DNA of 64,000 nucleotides from an uncultured Planctomycetota bacterium (GTDB lineage Bacteria; Planctomycetota; Planctomycetia; Gemmatales; Gemmataceae): NCBI GenBank assembly GCA_963849325.1, contig CAWKHF010000002.1, positions 64,001 to 128,000 of the forward strand, read 5' to 3'. Shown piece by piece: positions 62,406 to 64,000 of this stretch (position 1 is its first letter; each line of letters starts with the position of its first letter). The notes under the pieces were generated by a model. It saw only the letters and a program-made list of their open reading frames with translations, ran no database searches and was not told where the DNA came from. The position numbers and the translations under genes were made by a program.

Positions 62406-62774
62406 ATGATTCAGATGTATACGTACCTGGACGTCGCCGACAACACCGGCGCCAAGGAATGCATGTGCATCAAGGTGCTGGGCGGCACGCGGCGGCGCTA
62501 TGCCGGCCTGGGCGACGTCATCATCGCCAGCGTCAAGAAGGCCAACCCCGGTGGTGAGGTCAAGCCCGGCGACGTGGTGCGCGGCGTGGTCGTGCGCTGC
62601 AAGAAGGCGACGCGGCGCGCCGACGGCAGTTACGTCCGCTTCGACCGCAACGCCATGGTCATCATCGACGCCGAGGAGAACCCGCGCGGCACGCGCATCT
62701 TCGGCGCCGTGGCCCGCGAGCTGCGCGAGAGCGGTTTTGTCCGCATCGTCAACCTGGCGGCCGAGGTCGTTTAG
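62406..62774 (+). CDS. rplN: 50S ribosomal protein L14
   Basis: VADNTGAK and GTRIFG.VARELR motifs. Confidence 0.98.
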   Translation: MIQMYTYLDVADNTGAKECMCIKVLGGTRRRYAGLGDVIIASVKKANPGGEVKPGDVVRGVVVRCKKATRRADGSYVRFDRNAMVIIDAEENPRGTRIFGAVARELRESGFVRIVNLAAEVV

Positions 62775-62810
62775 CCGCGACTGCGCAGCGGAGCGCGCGC
62801 TCCGCTAAAC
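62769..62810. repeat. Family A repeat, shortened; supplies the rplN TAG stop
   Basis: gtttagccgcgactgcgcagcggagcgcgcgctccgctaaac. Confidence 0.75.
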
Positions 62811-62825
62811 AAGAGAGGCTTGCTC

Positions 62826-63182
62826 ATGCATGTTCGCAAAGACGACTTGGTGGAAGTGATCGCGGGGGACGATGCCGAGAAGGGTCGGGCGCATCGGGTG
62901 CTGCGCGTCTTCCCCGAGGCCAACAAGGTCGTGGTGGAAGGCGTCAACCGCGTGTACAAGCACGTCAAGCCCAACCGCCGCAATCCGCAGGGAGGCCGGC
63001 TGTCCAAGGAGATGCCGATCTCGGTCTCCAACGTGCTGCTGTTCTGTCAGCACTGTCGTCGCGGCGTTCGTACCGGCCGGCGCTACGCCGCCGACGGCCA
63101 CAAGGAACGCTACTGCAAGAAGTGCGGCGCTGGCCTGGGCGTCCTCAGCAAGCCCAACCCGAAGTACGCCAAGAAATCGTAA
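62826..63182 (+). CDS. rplX: 50S ribosomal protein L24
   Basis: D.VEVIAG.D, VVVEGVN..KH.KP and E.PI.VSNV motifs; two CxxC pairs. Confidence 0.96.
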   Translation: MHVRKDDLVEVIAGDDAEKGRAHRVLRVFPEANKVVVEGVNRVYKHVKPNRRNPQGGRLSKEMPISVSNVLLFCQHCRRGVRTGRRYAADGHKERYCKKCGAGLGVLSKPNPKYAKKS

Positions 63183-63231
63183 GCATCGAGATTGCTCGGT
63201 TGCGAAGTCCTATTGTGAGACGAGACGTGTC

Positions 63232-63774
63232 ATGGCCCGCTTGCTGGATCGCTATCAGAAAGAAATCGTCGCCCACCTGAAGACCAAGTTGGGACGCGAG
63301 AACCTGCTCAGCCTGCCGCGCTTGCAGAAGATCGTCGTCAACATGGGCGTCGGCAAGGCGCTGCAGGACAAGAACCGCATGGAGCAGGCCGCCGAGCAGT
63401 TGTCGCAGATCACGGGGCAGAAGGCGCAGGTTCGCAAGGCCAAGAAGGCGGTCAGCGGCTTCCGTCTCCGCGAAGGCAACGAGATCGGCTGCCGCGTGAC
63501 ACTGCGTGGGCGGCGCATGTACGAGTTCCTCGACCGCCTCATCAGCATCGCCCTGCCGCGTATCCGCGATTTCCGCGGCGTCAATCCGCGCAGCTTCGAC
63601 GGCCACGGCAACTACAGCCTGGGCCTGAGCGAGCAGCAGGTGTTCCCCGAGATCGATCCCGACAAGATGACGTTCGTGCAAGGCATGGACGTGACGTTCG
63701 TCACCAGCACCAACAACGACGACGAGGCCCGCGAACTACTGCGGGCCTTTGGCATGCCGTTCCGCGAAGCGTAA
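63232..63774 (+). CDS. rplE: 50S ribosomal protein L5
   Basis: KIVVNMGVG, ITGQK and LPRIRDFRG motifs. Confidence 0.98.
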   Translation: MARLLDRYQKEIVAHLKTKLGRENLLSLPRLQKIVVNMGVGKALQDKNRMEQAAEQLSQITGQKAQVRKAKKAVSGFRLREGNEIGCRVTLRGRRMYEFLDRLISIALPRIRDFRGVNPRSFDGHGNYSLGLSEQQVFPEIDPDKMTFVQGMDVTFVTSTNNDDEARELLRAFGMPFREA

Positions 63775-63778
63775 CCAA

Positions 63779-63850
63779 AGTTCGGAGTTCTGAGTTCTGA
63801 GTGAAAACAAAACTCAGAACTCAGAACTCAGAACTCCGAACTCAGAACTG
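63779..63850. repeat. Heptamer-unit (actcaga)n inverted element
   Basis: agttcggagttctgagttctgagt / actcagaactcagaactcagaactccgaact. Confidence 0.82.
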
Positions 63851-63858
63851 AGTGAAAT

Positions 63859-64000
63859 ATGTCGACCACCGCTGCAATTCGTCAAATTCAAGAAGCAGAT
63901 GGCGAAGCTGAGTGCCAGCCGAAAGCCGGATGCGAAGGTCAAGATGCCGCCGCGCGAGCGCATCCGCATTCGTCTGCGCTGCAAGCTGTGCGGCCGGCCG
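63859..64000 (+). CDS. rpsN: 30S ribosomal protein S14, zinc type (partial; frameshift near the start)
   Basis: Follows rplE; RCKLCGRP at the window end. Confidence 0.85.
   Translation, partial: MSTTAAIRQIQEADGEAECQPKAGCEGQDAAARAHPHSSALQAVRPA

Overview
GC-rich chromosomal window from a planctomycete, probably Gemmataceae-like. The assignment rests on a TIGR02996-LRR protein, two DUF1559 pilin-like genes, an LExLEDR-motif secreted protein and an ECF sigma/kinase-WD40 pair. Most of it is housekeeping: nadK, acyP, cysQ, mtnA, hisN, nadE, dnaK, pheA-aroF-tpiA, bioAD and the S10-spc ribosomal protein operon. It also carries ABC transporters, a VapBC-like pair and a truncated cyanophycin synthetase-like gene. 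Many genes, including essential ones, carry single-base frameshifts, which points to long-read assembly error rather than pseudogenes. Best candidates for something undescribed: (1) a ~270-nt minus-strand non-coding RNA at ~9620-9889, bounded by a correctly spaced sigma54 promoter and an intrinsic terminator, and built from four hairpins that each display a UCCCCC anti-Shine-Dalgarno-like loop; (2) an initiator-type tRNA-Met plus a convergent HNH endonuclease gene sitting inside the S10 operon between rpsS and rplV, in an operon that also lacks rplC; (3) a 609-aa protein made of about seven tandem XRE-type HTH modules behind a long structured leader; (4) a small His-motif protein translationally coupled to a DUF4085-like gene, possibly a toxin-immunity pair; (5) at least six families of palindromic repeats, which nest inside each other, supply stop codons and insert in-frame into a kinase domain. 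All calls were made by eye from the sequence and the ORF track; no searches were run.
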